From Tubiluchus corallicola (taxonomy: Eukaryota; Animalia; Priapulida): a DNA stretch of 64,000 nt. The position numbers and the translations under genes were made by a program. The stretch is taken from assembly GCA_030141605.1 (NCBI GenBank), contig JAQGDQ010000069.1, positions 1,972 to 65,971 on the forward strand, written 5' to 3'. Below the pieces are notes generated by a model. That model was not told where the DNA came from, made no database searches, and saw only the letters and a program-made list of their open reading frames with translations. Below, piece by piece: positions 1 through 12,800 of the stretch (the first letter of the stretch is position 1; every line of letters begins with the position of its first letter).

Positions 1-953
1 CACATTACGCCTTGCAGCATACCGTTCATAAGAGAGTTTTGTTCTTCGTCTCTTCCAGTCAAAAAACAACTTTTCTTTCTCCTTAATACAGCCAAACAAC
101 TGCTTAGTTAACCAAGGAGGCCGAGGTCGACTACTCTTATTACAAGAAATTGGATAGAAACTAGGCACATATTCATCAACAACTGACATGTACACATTAT
201 GAAATTTTGTCCACATATCATCATGAGTAAGATTACTATTTAAAACATTAATCCAATCAACTTGGCTAAATGCATTACACATACTGCTGAAATTAACTTT
301 GTTGAAACACATCTTCTGAGGTAGAATTTTGACTGGCAGTACATTTACATTCAAACTAAAATGCAAGCACACGTGGTCACTATTACCTAATGGTGAACTA
401 GATCTCAAATATATTACCAAATCATCTTGCTCAGTAAAAACTAGATCAAGTAAAGATGGTTCATTGCCAATGCGATAGCGTGTTGCAAATTTCACGTGTT
501 GAGATAACAAGTTCAGCTCAAAGCATTCTAAAAACTCATTTTCAACCGCTATGATATCAGGAGAATACATAAACTTTGATTCTCTTGAAGTTTAATTTTT
601 ACACCTACTGCACACTTAAAATATTTACAATGTAGTTCAAAAAAGTCAATACTCTGATGAACGTATATAACTACACCACGGCCACAAGAGTTATAAATAG
701 GTATATTATAACCCGGGATTGTTAACTCAGTTTTATCTATGTAATTTTCACCAGATTTAGAGTTCACTTCCGTAATTGCAACTACATGATAAAGCGTAGA
801 ATCCTGAAATAATTTTGTAATTAATTCCTGCCTCTTGTTTAAGAATTGATCTACATTAATGTTTTTCCCAGAATAAGTCTTAACTTTATTCCATGAGTTA
901 CAATATCTCTTCGGATGCTGTTTATTGCAACCTAATTCTTTTTCTTTTTCCAT
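1..953 (-). mobile_element. Degenerate CR1/L2-type LINE, AP-endonuclease region and linker; internally deleted, runs off the left edge
   Basis: ORF 549..953 has VAITE, IPGY and RGVVIYV motifs. A shifted frame continues FLECFELNLLSQHVKFATRYRIGNEPSLLDLVFT...PLGNSDH...PPWLT. The YRSP/GDFN segment is missing at ~555. Confidence 0.8.
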
Positions 954-3889
954 TCGTAGACAACTCCTCTTTATATCAATAAAGAACCACTGTAATTTAC
1001 ATCAAGAACTGTCTTCAAACAGCAATGTGTAAATTATCACTATCTTATCATGTTATATTTCATATTAATGTTTTTTAAGCGCTACCATATAACTGCATGC
1101 CACAAAAAATCGTGTTTTATAAACCGATTTTGTTTATTATACGTACTAAAAGTCATTTATATGTGTGTTTATGTTACCTACTTATGCGTTATTCTTATGC
1201 CTATACTTAACCCAATTATTTATTTGCTCTAATATGAATATAGAATTTGAGTAAATTATAAAGTTCCGGCATTAAAATAGGTCTATAGCTTGAAATGGTG
1301 ACTATAGGCCTAGAGATGAGATGACGTAGGCCTACAGATTAGTCTATCACTAATGGCATAACCAGGTCGTTAACACTTTTGCTGCTGCTACTATTACTAC
1401 CATAAAATTGTAGAATCAGATCTTCCAAATTTGCCCCTATCCCCAAAACAAACTAAAGTGTCTCGAAAATGTTAAAGACAATAAAATTTGCTGTACATAG
1501 TTGCCTATCATCCGAGCAAAAATTTCTTTACAGGTAGGTTCTTTGAGAACAGGCGGCCAATACCAATGTGCCAGTGACGATGATGTGTGGCAGGACTGCA
1601 ATCTATAGTCGATCACAAAGATGAAGCATTGAACCGACAGTAAGCATTTGGCAATGGAAGACATTAAAACGTCACGTTCTAAATTTGTTATCAACAAGTT
1701 TGCTTGCTGTGATGATGAAAATGTTGTATCAAAGATTATATGAGAAAAACCTGCAAAACAGTAATAGACGTTAGAAGAGATATGCTGTTATCTCTTGTTC
1801 AGGATTACCAAACATACATGTTTATCCACTACAAGCGAAAAATTTAATTTTTTTTCTTCCTTTGGCTCTAGGTCTTCATGATATTAATTTTAAATACGTA
1901 GTGGTTAAATTATTATTAAAAGATAGTCATGTGTGTCTCTCCTTCCCATTATTGAACATCATTTTATTACAAACTAACACATTCGTCTAACAATTCAATT
2001 TTCATGTGTCTTAAATGCAAAATCTGATAATTTTTAATTACCTGGTACATGCGCATTAATTAATTAATTATATTAGTAACAATTCTGAGAGGGTGGCTGA
2101 CCTTGATAACTTATAGTTCTTTTGCCACCCTTTCACCACTAATCAATAATTACTTTTGCACTTTGTAATATTATTGCATGTTGTGCAGATTTATAAATCT
2201 CTTAGTTATGTATTTTGCTATTTTAAAAATGGTGATAAACTAATAAACTTACTTACTTGCTAGGCTGAATAGTATTTTGCATCATTTTTAGTTTAGAGGA
2301 CAGTTTTGCGTTTGCTAACAGGAGACATTTGTCAGCTACAAGAGAAGTACTTCAAGCTACAACAAAGATACCATTTGGAGACATGTCTGTGCAAGGCGGA
2401 GATGCATTGCCTCGTAAAAAGCAAGCAAACTGAGCAAGAAACGTTCAGAAATCATATGTGTGATCCCACCATTCAGTTTTATTAAAAATGATCAACTTAA
2501 AAATTTATAAAGATCTGAACATTCATAATTATAAAAATAGAAAATTTGAAACATAACACAATAAATGTAACTATTATGACTAATTGAACGATAAATAACA
2601 ATGACTAGGTTAATTTATGTCAACCTAACGTAAATATGGGTTACTTCCTAAACGTGAAAAAAAATTAACGAAAAGTTATGGTTGATTTTTAACAGTGACA
2701 TCTGAACTTTATGCCCTATGCAGGTCATTTATACAAATATGGTCCCTAACCTGAAAACGAAGTATAAAAAAGCATGTATGCAATTATATTTACACTAAAC
2801 AGTACATAATAAGCCCAAAAATGTGGGCTGTATTTTATCAGTCTGTGCAGTAAAGTTATTTAAACCAACATACAAACTGAACCACTAGCTATCAAACAAT
2901 GGAATTAAGAGAAGTTTTAAACTATAGCGTACCACTAAGTAAGCCTAAAGGGCCACGGGAATTATAAATTACATCCCAAAAGAACTTTCCATACAAAGTT
3001 TTACATATATACTTTGGTTTATCTGATAGAAAAACTTACATAATTAAAAAAGAAATTTCTTACAAATTTAAAATGTACACGTTAACTGGTAAAGTGCTAC
3101 TACGTCGCACTCCCAGTGTGCATCACTGGCCCCCAAAAAACACATTATTGATCTTGCTGATAATATAAAGTAATTTATACTTTTGCTAAATTACCGAAGA
3201 ATGTGGTATGAATGCTTTGATTATTTTTTCAGACATTACGCAATGTTATCTAAACATGCTTCAAATGACTTACCATCAAAACGGCTGCACCTAATGGTCA
3301 TGGGAAGTTTACTACTAACCTAAGCCCTGTATACACTGCAACAGCATGTAAATGACTAATTTTTTACAGATTTTTGGACAGACTTTTAAGCTTTGTTGAT
3401 GAAGTGTTTTCTTGTGCTTTAAACAAACAAAAACATTGAAAAATTGCAATTTTTCCAGCAGTAATTAAAATCACTTGTAAAATGCAAATGCATTATTAGT
3501 AGCTATAATTATGTATACACAAATTGAACTTCGGACTAATTGGTTGTAAAGGAATTCCTAATACATATTATGGGATATATGTTGCTCTTGCCGTTTTTCT
3601 TGTTCAGTCAAATACAAGATGTTGATTAATCAAAAATTTAAAAAAAAAATCAATAAACTAATACATAACAGTCATAGTTAATCTTTTGGATTATCACCAG
3701 TTTATCAGTTACTTAAACTTATCCAGCTAAAGTAACCAGCAAATTTGTTTGTTTTTATAAGTTGCTGTCATTTTACGAAAAAAGTCTACTCTGTTTTATA
3801 CTAGAATCGTCTTGCTTCAGCATGAACATAATACACAATTATAGCACCAAAATGTGTTCATAACACATTTATTCGTAATATCACAATTA

Positions 3890-6800
3890 TTATAACTCTC
3901 CATGCTTATGCAAACTGGGCAACTTCAACTCATCTGAATTCTTTATCACATGATAGTAAAAGTTGACGGCTTGCTCGTAGTTCTTAATGCTGATTCGTTC
4001 GTTGTTTCCATGGTAACGTGCAATGTCCTCTGGTCGATTGTATGCAGGCGTGAAGCGGTAGATCTGTTCGGTGAAGTTAAGATAATGGCGGGTGTCTGTG
4101 TTTGCAATCATTGTACCTGAAAAGGAAAAGAAGAATTAAGAAACCAAGAATATAATCTCTTTTTTGAACAAGTTTTAGCTGCAAATTGAAAAACTGAGTA
4201 CTCGAGGTAAGACATGAATGGCATCCTGGAAAAAACCAATGAACTAAAATAGATTTCCAAAGTCATCTTTCTTTCTGTAACTGAATTCAGCCAGAGCTTT
4301 ACATAAGTACAACAGAGGCAGCACAGTGCAGAACCACACAAGCATTCCCAATGTTGACAAAGTTCATGACAATGAAACAGTTAAACAACAGCCTGAGTAG
4401 AATGCAAAATGCTTGTCACAAAGTGAATCCAGCCATGTGGAAAGATATAAATTTATTATCACCCAAATATAACAATGAATATAGCTATAATCATTCTTAA
4501 TTGTAACGTAACTGTGTGAGAATGATAACTGTGACTGATAGACATAGTCAAATACTCATTAGATGACAGAATGCGCAAACACATATTATTTGCTGAATTA
4601 ATTCCTCGTAGAGTAAAAATTGCACACATAATTAAACTGCCCAATTATAAAATTTCCTATCAATATACATGTGCCAAATGCATCTAATATCGTCACCGTA
4701 GAATTTGAATTACCGGTTTCATTAAAGTTTGAAATAGGTCATTCTTCCAGAAAATATTGGTCCATTATTACTGCTATATATTTATCAACAATCTATAGCA
4801 TTTATGCAAAGCCAATAAGAACATTCGTATGGAAAAAAATCAAAAAGTGACAAGTTTGACTTAAAGTACCTGGAGCAACTGGAATCCCATCAAAAACTTG
4901 CTGAATGCTCTTCTTGATAACCTGAAAGCCGAACGTGTCTCCATCTGCTGGAGAAATTGGAGATGATTCCCTAGCTTCTATGACAGAAATCTGAATGCGA
5001 GGTTCATTCATTGTTTGTTTATCGATTTCTATAACCTACAATGCGCAGAACGAAAATGTTTCATAAACAATGTAGAAACAGTGCTAAAAACTTGCCAAAC
5101 TATAGCCCAATGAGGGTTTAAAATCATCAGAGAAAAATTACTGCTAATGATCACTCCACATTTTTTTAAAAAAATTATAAATTCCAAAATTGTATATAGG
5201 AATTAAGTAATAAAAGGTGACATTGATAGAAGTTGTGTGCGAATAGCTGTGGTTTTATACACAAATGCGTGTTGCAAAAACAATCAATGAAAAACCCCAT
5301 TCTTTTGGTTGTATTTTCTGCAAAAATGGAAAACAGCACGACGTATTTATATATTTTCCCCATGAGGTGGCACCACATTATAATTTATAAGATGAATTGA
5401 GCTAACACCATTAACAATGAATGTGTTATAATGGATGAAATCAGTCTAAACATATTCAACAGTAGTACGAAAATTAAATAAATGTGGTAAAATATGTCTT
5501 AAGATAAATGTGAAGAGCCGAAGAGGCACAAATTGCATGAAATGCGATACCGTGCTGCAGGTTAAAGCATGAGAAAATCCTTTACTTACATAAACCTGAA
5601 AATTTGTCTTGAAATTCTATACCACTTATATACTGCCTTTTTGCATGCAGGGCTTGCATCGGCCATAACGCTGTATAAAACTTCTAAATTTAACTCCCGC
5701 GATGACCGTTAGATGCAGCCATTTTGATGGTAGGTCATTTGAAACAAGTTTAGATAACATTGCGTGAAGTTTGAAAAAATAATCAGAGTAAAGTAAAGCA
5801 CACACGTTACTAACTAAGTAAAGTTTTAAATCACTGTATCATGTAAATAAGATTAAATATATGTTTTTGGCTAGTGAGTAGCGGCGCACCCTGGAGAGTG
5901 AGTCAGCGACATTTTACTATTTGGCACAAACATTTTAAATTATTATTTCTAGTTACATAAGTCTTTCCAGCAAGCAAGCAAAATGCTACATAATATAGAT
6001 TTGCATAGAAAGTTTTTTGGGACATAATTTAACATTGCCTTTCTTCCTATGATTTACGACTTCATAGTGACGTCATGTAATGGCGCCGTTGGAACAGTAT
6101 TATGGGAGATTTAAATGAAAACAAAAATTCCTTCCAACACGATTATGATATATGCATAAAATTGCTGTAAAGTAGTACAATTTTTTAAGGCGAGTTTTCT
6201 GAAACCTACTTCAGGTGCTGGTTTTCTTGTACTTTAAGTAATGGTGGTGTTGATGCACACTATGACCCCAGTGTTACTTTGGAGAAAATTATTCAGACAT
6301 GTAATGATTACAATGATTCTTTTTTTAACATATTAAAACATTAGAGATAGATTTTGGGTGTGATAGTTTAATAGTTGTGCTGCACAGTTCTAACTCATAA
6401 ACCCTGTTCTGAAAATAAACTAAACCAATGCTGTGAAAACGAATACAACATTTCACCGACCAATGACTCCATTACTTCAAAACTTTTCATACATGTTATA
6501 CACCACTGTTTTAATATGTTAAAAAAAGAATCATTGTAATCATTACATGTCTGAATAATTTTCTCCAAAGTAACAATGGGGTTCTGAAACCTACTTCAGG
6601 TGCTGTATTCAGAACAGGGTTTACGAGTTAGAACTGTGCAATACAACTATTAAACTATCACACCCAAAATCTATCTCTAATGTTTTAATATGCTAAAAAA
6701 AGAATCATTGTAATCATTACATGTCTGAATAATTTTCTCCAAAGTAACACTGGGGTCATAGTGTGGATCAACACCACCATTACTTAAAGTACAAGAAAAC

Positions 6801-9800
6801 CAGCACCTGAAGTAGGTTTCAGAACCCCAGTGTTACTTTGGAGAAAATTATTCAGACATGTAATGATTACAATGATTCTTTTTTTAACATATTAAAACAG
6901 AAAGTTTATTCTATATTTGGACAATGGTGTATAACATGTATGAAAAGTTTTGACATAATGGAGTCACTGATCGGCGAAATGTTGTATTCGTTTTCACAGC
7001 ATCGGTTTAGTTTATTTTCAGAACAGGGTTTATGAGTTAGAACTGTGCAGCACAACTATTAAACTATCACACCCAAAATCTGTCTCTAATGACTTACGTC
7101 TTCTACGGTTTGAGCTGGATGGATACGATGATTGATCGTTGCCCACGCACTTGATGGCAATACGTTCACCTTTACGCCACCGTGAATCATTGTCAGTGCC
7201 GTTGTCGTGCGAACAAGAGCATTCGATGTTCTTGTTTTAGCCAGTTGTCTACAAAAGTATCAAGCAATAATCAGTAATCAGTAATTAATATGTTAGTACA
7301 GTCTGTATGTCAATTTAATGATAAAATGTTGCTGTTACAGGAAATGTTTTCGGTTAAATTGTTAGCCATGGTATTCTAATTTATAATGTCAAATGTAATT
7401 CATTGACATATATCATTTGTAAATCGATTAACATCATTAATGTCATTGTTTAACAAAGTAAAGTACAATTAACATCAGTTTTTGTGAACTAAACTGATTT
7501 GCTATGTTAATCAAGAGCTATAAAACTGATCTGATCTATCGATTACCTGGCTACAAGCGGTCCAAAAAGCCACAAATTTGACATGACTACTCGCAGAGGT
7601 GGCGACATCTATAACATAAATATACAGTTTCTCACACGTAAAAGACACTTTAACCTAACACTGCGAGATGCACAAAATGTAGGTATAAAAATCATAATAC
7701 CCATTATAGTCTCAATGATAATATATTTTATTAAGTTATTAATTACTAATTACTAATTATTATTAATCACCGTTATTAATATTATTAAGAACCTTTCAAA
7801 CTAGTGGGCCTCATTAGCTGAATAGACTGTGCAGCTAACCTGAAATTAGGTTGTTTAAAAGCCAAAGAAATTCTCTGATAGTCTGACAAGCTACTCAGGT
7901 GAATCATGTAAAAATACTATTCATCTTACCAACATTTGCAGTCTTAAAATACAATGATGAAGTAAGATATAAAGCAAACAAACCAAGGGTGATAAAGTCA
8001 GAAACAGCTCCTTCTCCTGCCCAAGTCCAAACATGCTTGGCTGAGGATTCTCTTCCAACCTAGAGAAAATGTCAGCAAAATCGGTGATTCACTTATTCAC
8101 AACTAATTGCTAAAATGTGTTTTTTGGAAGAACGATCATATTCTGCTCATGAAAATTATAACATGTGCATAAAGAAAATGAAATACATGCGTAGTAGCTG
8201 ACTATGCTCTTTACAATATTTAGTGAACTGGTTCATGTCAGAAGGGAGTGTAAAAGCTGAACAGTCACAGTGTGTGCTTAGCTACAAAGCTAAGCAATGC
8301 CTGGCTTGCTTGAAATGAATGGATGAGTGTGGGAAAATATTTTTAGGCAGTTACATCGAGAATATTGCTTCCGACCATTTACATTGATGAGGAAGGATGC
8401 ATATACATTCAAACACCACTAACGCACATGAGTTATCTACAAGGCTTTATTTCTGGGAATTATTCTTGATAATTAGGTTCCAGCCTTTCCACAACCATAA
8501 CATGTTAGGTAAACCATACTACAGAGTGCACAATAACAAATATAGTGACTACACATTGTTTGTGCAACTATATTAATTAATAATCATATACATACAACAT
8601 AAGTCAAAATAAACAACAACATCACGTATGCAGGTTACAAATGTAGACAATCTGGAAATGGTAGACATGCAAGATATGGGTAAAATGTTGAGAAAAATAA
8701 TTGGCTAGTTTTTAAAAGTGATTTGGTTCCATGTTTAATGAAGCTAGAGCTGTCACATAAAGTTCAAGAAAATGACAAAGCTGAGGAACCTGATACTGAA
8801 GAAGTATCATGCGTGTTTGATCTTGCGTGTTTCAGTAACACTTATCGGTCTGAGTATGTAGACAAACCCGGAAATGACTACAGCTACGTCAGAAGCTAAA
8901 GGTACAAATCATGTAAGGACAAGACATGAAAAAATAAGAGCTAAAACTTGTGAAATTTCCAGAAAGCCGCATCAACACGAAGCGAAAGGACACAGATTTG
9001 AAAGGCCAAGAGAGGAAGCCTAGCATGTTTCAAGGAATGCCCCATCAAAGCGAGACGAATTAAATCATTCTTCAGAGAGGTCAAAGAAGTGAACAGTTAA
9101 AAGCTGAAACTTGTCGAATTTCCAAAAAGCAGTATCAACGTCAGGCAAAAGGACACAGAAGTGAAACGCCAAGAGCCAAAGCTTAGCGAGTTTCAAGGAA
9201 TGCCGCATCAAAGTGAGACAAATTAAGTTATTCTTCAGAGAGGTCAGAGAAGTGAAAAGTCAAAAGCTGAAACTTGTTGAGTTCCAAGGAAAGAAGCGTC
9301 AAAACGAGATGTGAGTGAGTTGTCCACAGTAGATGACCAACCTGCGACCAGCTTTGGCTAATATTCCGATAGCGGATGGAGGCCCTGGTGCAAACACATG
9401 TCCAGGCTTTGACCTTACTGTTAAATTCAGAGTCAGAATGCCTTTTTCAGCTGTGCCAATACTAATAAAAGTTTAATCACATAAATCAACATCTGCTATT
9501 AAATAATAAAACATGCATTAGCTAGCATTTATGTACACAAACTAATTGTAATTATACCATATTATACAATGATTATATAATTGTATTTAGCAATCTGTTC
9601 ATACCATTTGATCCTACAGTTGTCTACAAATAAGCTTTATAAATTTTGTTCTTCATTGTAGTTGAGTATTATATTTGTCATACATTTTATATTTTTAACT
9701 ATTTGATGTAAGTTTGTTTTAATCACTTCTTTCATTATAAGCCTGTGTTTTCATCGGTATGAACATTTAGACCTTTTTCTTCGTTACCGATATTTTTTTT

Positions 9801-12800
9801 TAATTTGGATACTAACTCTTTACAACTTTATATATGATGCTTTATTAATATGCTTTCACTGTTAATCAATAAATTCAATTCAATACACTCTGTCACTCAA
9901 CTGCCATTCAACAAAGGAAAAGTAGGAGGTATACTTAATCTGTAGCGGATAGCCCTATAGGCTGAATAGGCTGAAGCCTAAGGCCTATAAAATCATAATC
10001 CGCCGCTGTACTTAATGCTTAAAGTTAGAGTACTTGAAAGACAGACAATTGGAAAGGATTAATATCATGCAAGCCTATTTTTCATTCAGTGTATTCATCA
10101 AACTTCACTGGATGTGACTGGTGGCAAAAAGCAATGACAGTCTGGATGCATGAATCACTGCAACCAACATTCTAACTAGCCCAAATAAACTGTTTGAAAC
10201 ACAAGTCACACTTTAGATGAGAAGCACAAAAGAAGCCTGCAGAAAAAAGCCATTCGTTTGGAATTATCATTGTGCAGCAGTGAGGAAACCTGATCTAAAA
10301 CCTGGTTATTACAACTGTGTGCGTCAACATGATACTTTCAACCATTTTATGCAAAGTGGAAACTACGCATGCCCTCTACAGTTAAAAACGACTGAAGCTT
10401 CTTTGAACTACAGTGAAAATTTTACAGGTTTTCATTTTCAGAAAAAAATATCAGGTTTTCAAAACTCTCAGTATTCAAGTGAAAATCATTCATCTGGCCA
10501 GTACAACTGCAGTAGATGAGAAGAGGCACCTTCCCACTACACCCCACATATTTGAGTTCTTGTAGCACTCTCTGATGCAGTAGTTGGCCAATTGGGAAAA
10601 GGTCAGGCAAATGATAAAAAAAACACGTGTTGAGACTAAGTTTATCCTTGAAGTTCAAAAAACGTCTCACGGAGTCTTCTTAGAGGGATATACAGGTGAC
10701 TGTTACTCATCGCATTTCCTTACAGTGCCACTATCAGTTTGCTTGATGCGAAGAATTATAAGAAATTGTTGCTAATTATTATAAGAAGTTATCTTTACAG
10801 AGAGTGAAGCAAAAGTTCATATTTACCGTCCGATAGCTTTAGAAAGAATTCCTACAGCAGTTTCAGGTGGAGGTATAGAAGAGTGACCAGGAGCATCCCA
10901 GACAGAAAGATTCATAGACAAGTAGCCCTTCTCAGAAGAGCCGATGCTAAAGAGAAAACAAAAGCTTAGATTTTGCATGCCGAATAAGAATAAAGCTTCA
11001 GTTAATATGTTTTAAGTCGCTGCCACTGTATTGCTGTTTGCTAATCTCTGCATGATTCCTGTTAGACCAAAAATTGGCAACATCAATGTTTTGTCAAAAC
11101 TTTGGTATAAATTGATTTTCTTCAGATACTCACATTTTGGAGGCTATTCACCAGCTTTGATATGTGAAAAACTTGATAATTTGCACACTTTCACTTTCAG
11201 ATAACTTTAATGACCTTGAAACAGTTACCAGTAAACTGAGAACATGCCATGCATTTTTATTTAAGAGGTTATTCAATGCTGCACCCGGCATACCTGCCTG
11301 CTGGCTTCTGCAGATGCTGATATTTTGTAATGAAAAGGTTTTTTACCGCATATATATTTTTTTTCTTAATAGTCGTTTGAAAAGTTTTACATTTTCGGCA
11401 AAACTGGAAACCAGGAATTTTAGAAGACATCTCATCTCTAGACTCTACAAGTGGCAATCGGTGATGGACAATCTGCTTTCTACTGACATAGAAAATGCCA
11501 AAGAAAAACGTTTGGCAGCTACAGTTTAGATGATAAGAGCATCAAAAACATACCTGAGGCATAAAATGACGAAATATCTACGCGACATCGCAAAACACAT
11601 GCCAGCAACCACAAAAAGGCCACTCAACGTAAAGCATTTTTTACAAATTACACCTCTATCTTAACAAAATTCTACACATAATTTTCACATACTGACTTTA
11701 ACACAAAGCAGAAAACTAAATTTCCTAATGCAAAGTTTTCTATATGTTCAAACGTTTTCATCAATCGACGTACTATTTTAGTTCATTTAATTCTAACTTA
11801 CATAGCGTAAGGACCTTCAATGCCCTTGACAACACCATCGATGACTGTCATGCCCTCATCGAGAATGTACAGAAGTCTATCTACATGACGGGCTTTCAAC
11901 ACTTTAGCTATCTCTCCTGCTCCTTCGGTGCCTAACACCTACAACATGCACTAATGATAATTTATTAAAAATATTGCAGCAGTTTGTGTTTATATTTAAG
12001 CTAATGTTCTGATACCATTATAAATAAAATAGCTATTGATTGCAGCACAGAACATAATAAACAGTTAACAGTGCACTGTGGACTGCTGTATTATGAATTA
12101 GAACTGTTTTCTACCCTATATTCTGCAAGATGCTTTGAACTATATTACACAAAGCAAAACTACTGCTGGAATGACATGATGAAGTTGGTGTCAATGAAAA
12201 TGATAGTACTCCTGATCATAGTGATGGACACTTTGGTGGCAGCAGTGAAAATTATGGGGTGTCAACTGATGGTGATACGGCAAACCTGATATCAAATAAA
12301 CTTTGATATCTTTCATTGCAGTTATTAGTAGTCTATAGTATATTAGCAGTAGCAACTTTTCCTTTTCTTAAAATATTCCTCTATGCCAGCTACAATACAA
12401 ATTGTGAGGCAGCAAAGAGGTTAATGTAAAACACAATGGTATGAATCTACTATTACTATACTGAAAACTGCAAAAGGTAACAAAATGAAATAAAGGACTG
12501 AATGTAGGTGAAATAATAGGAATTCTGATACCTCTTCATCGTGTCCAAAGGCAATATAAAACGTTCGAACTGGTCGAAATCCATTTGCTAGAAGAAACTC
12601 TAATGCTTCTAAAATTCCCTAGAGAAAATATGTCGATAAATCAAAAGGCGGCATATCCAGTAACAATCTCTTTTATATACTGAAAAGTACACATATATAA
12701 AGCTATATAATATACAAAAAGAATTATGTCAACATACAAAACATATCTCCTTTGCATCAATTGCTCCTCTCCCCCATACATGTTTGTCATCCACTTTACC

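Noticed and set aside
1437-1750. 86-aa minus-strand ORF with upstream acceptor-like site
   Set aside because: No homology recognised; it lies past the PM20D1 stop and is not needed for its model.
10217-11529. Cluster of 60-120 aa ORFs in PM20D1 introns
   Set aside because: No recognisable motifs or consistent splice phases; probably decayed repeat sequence.
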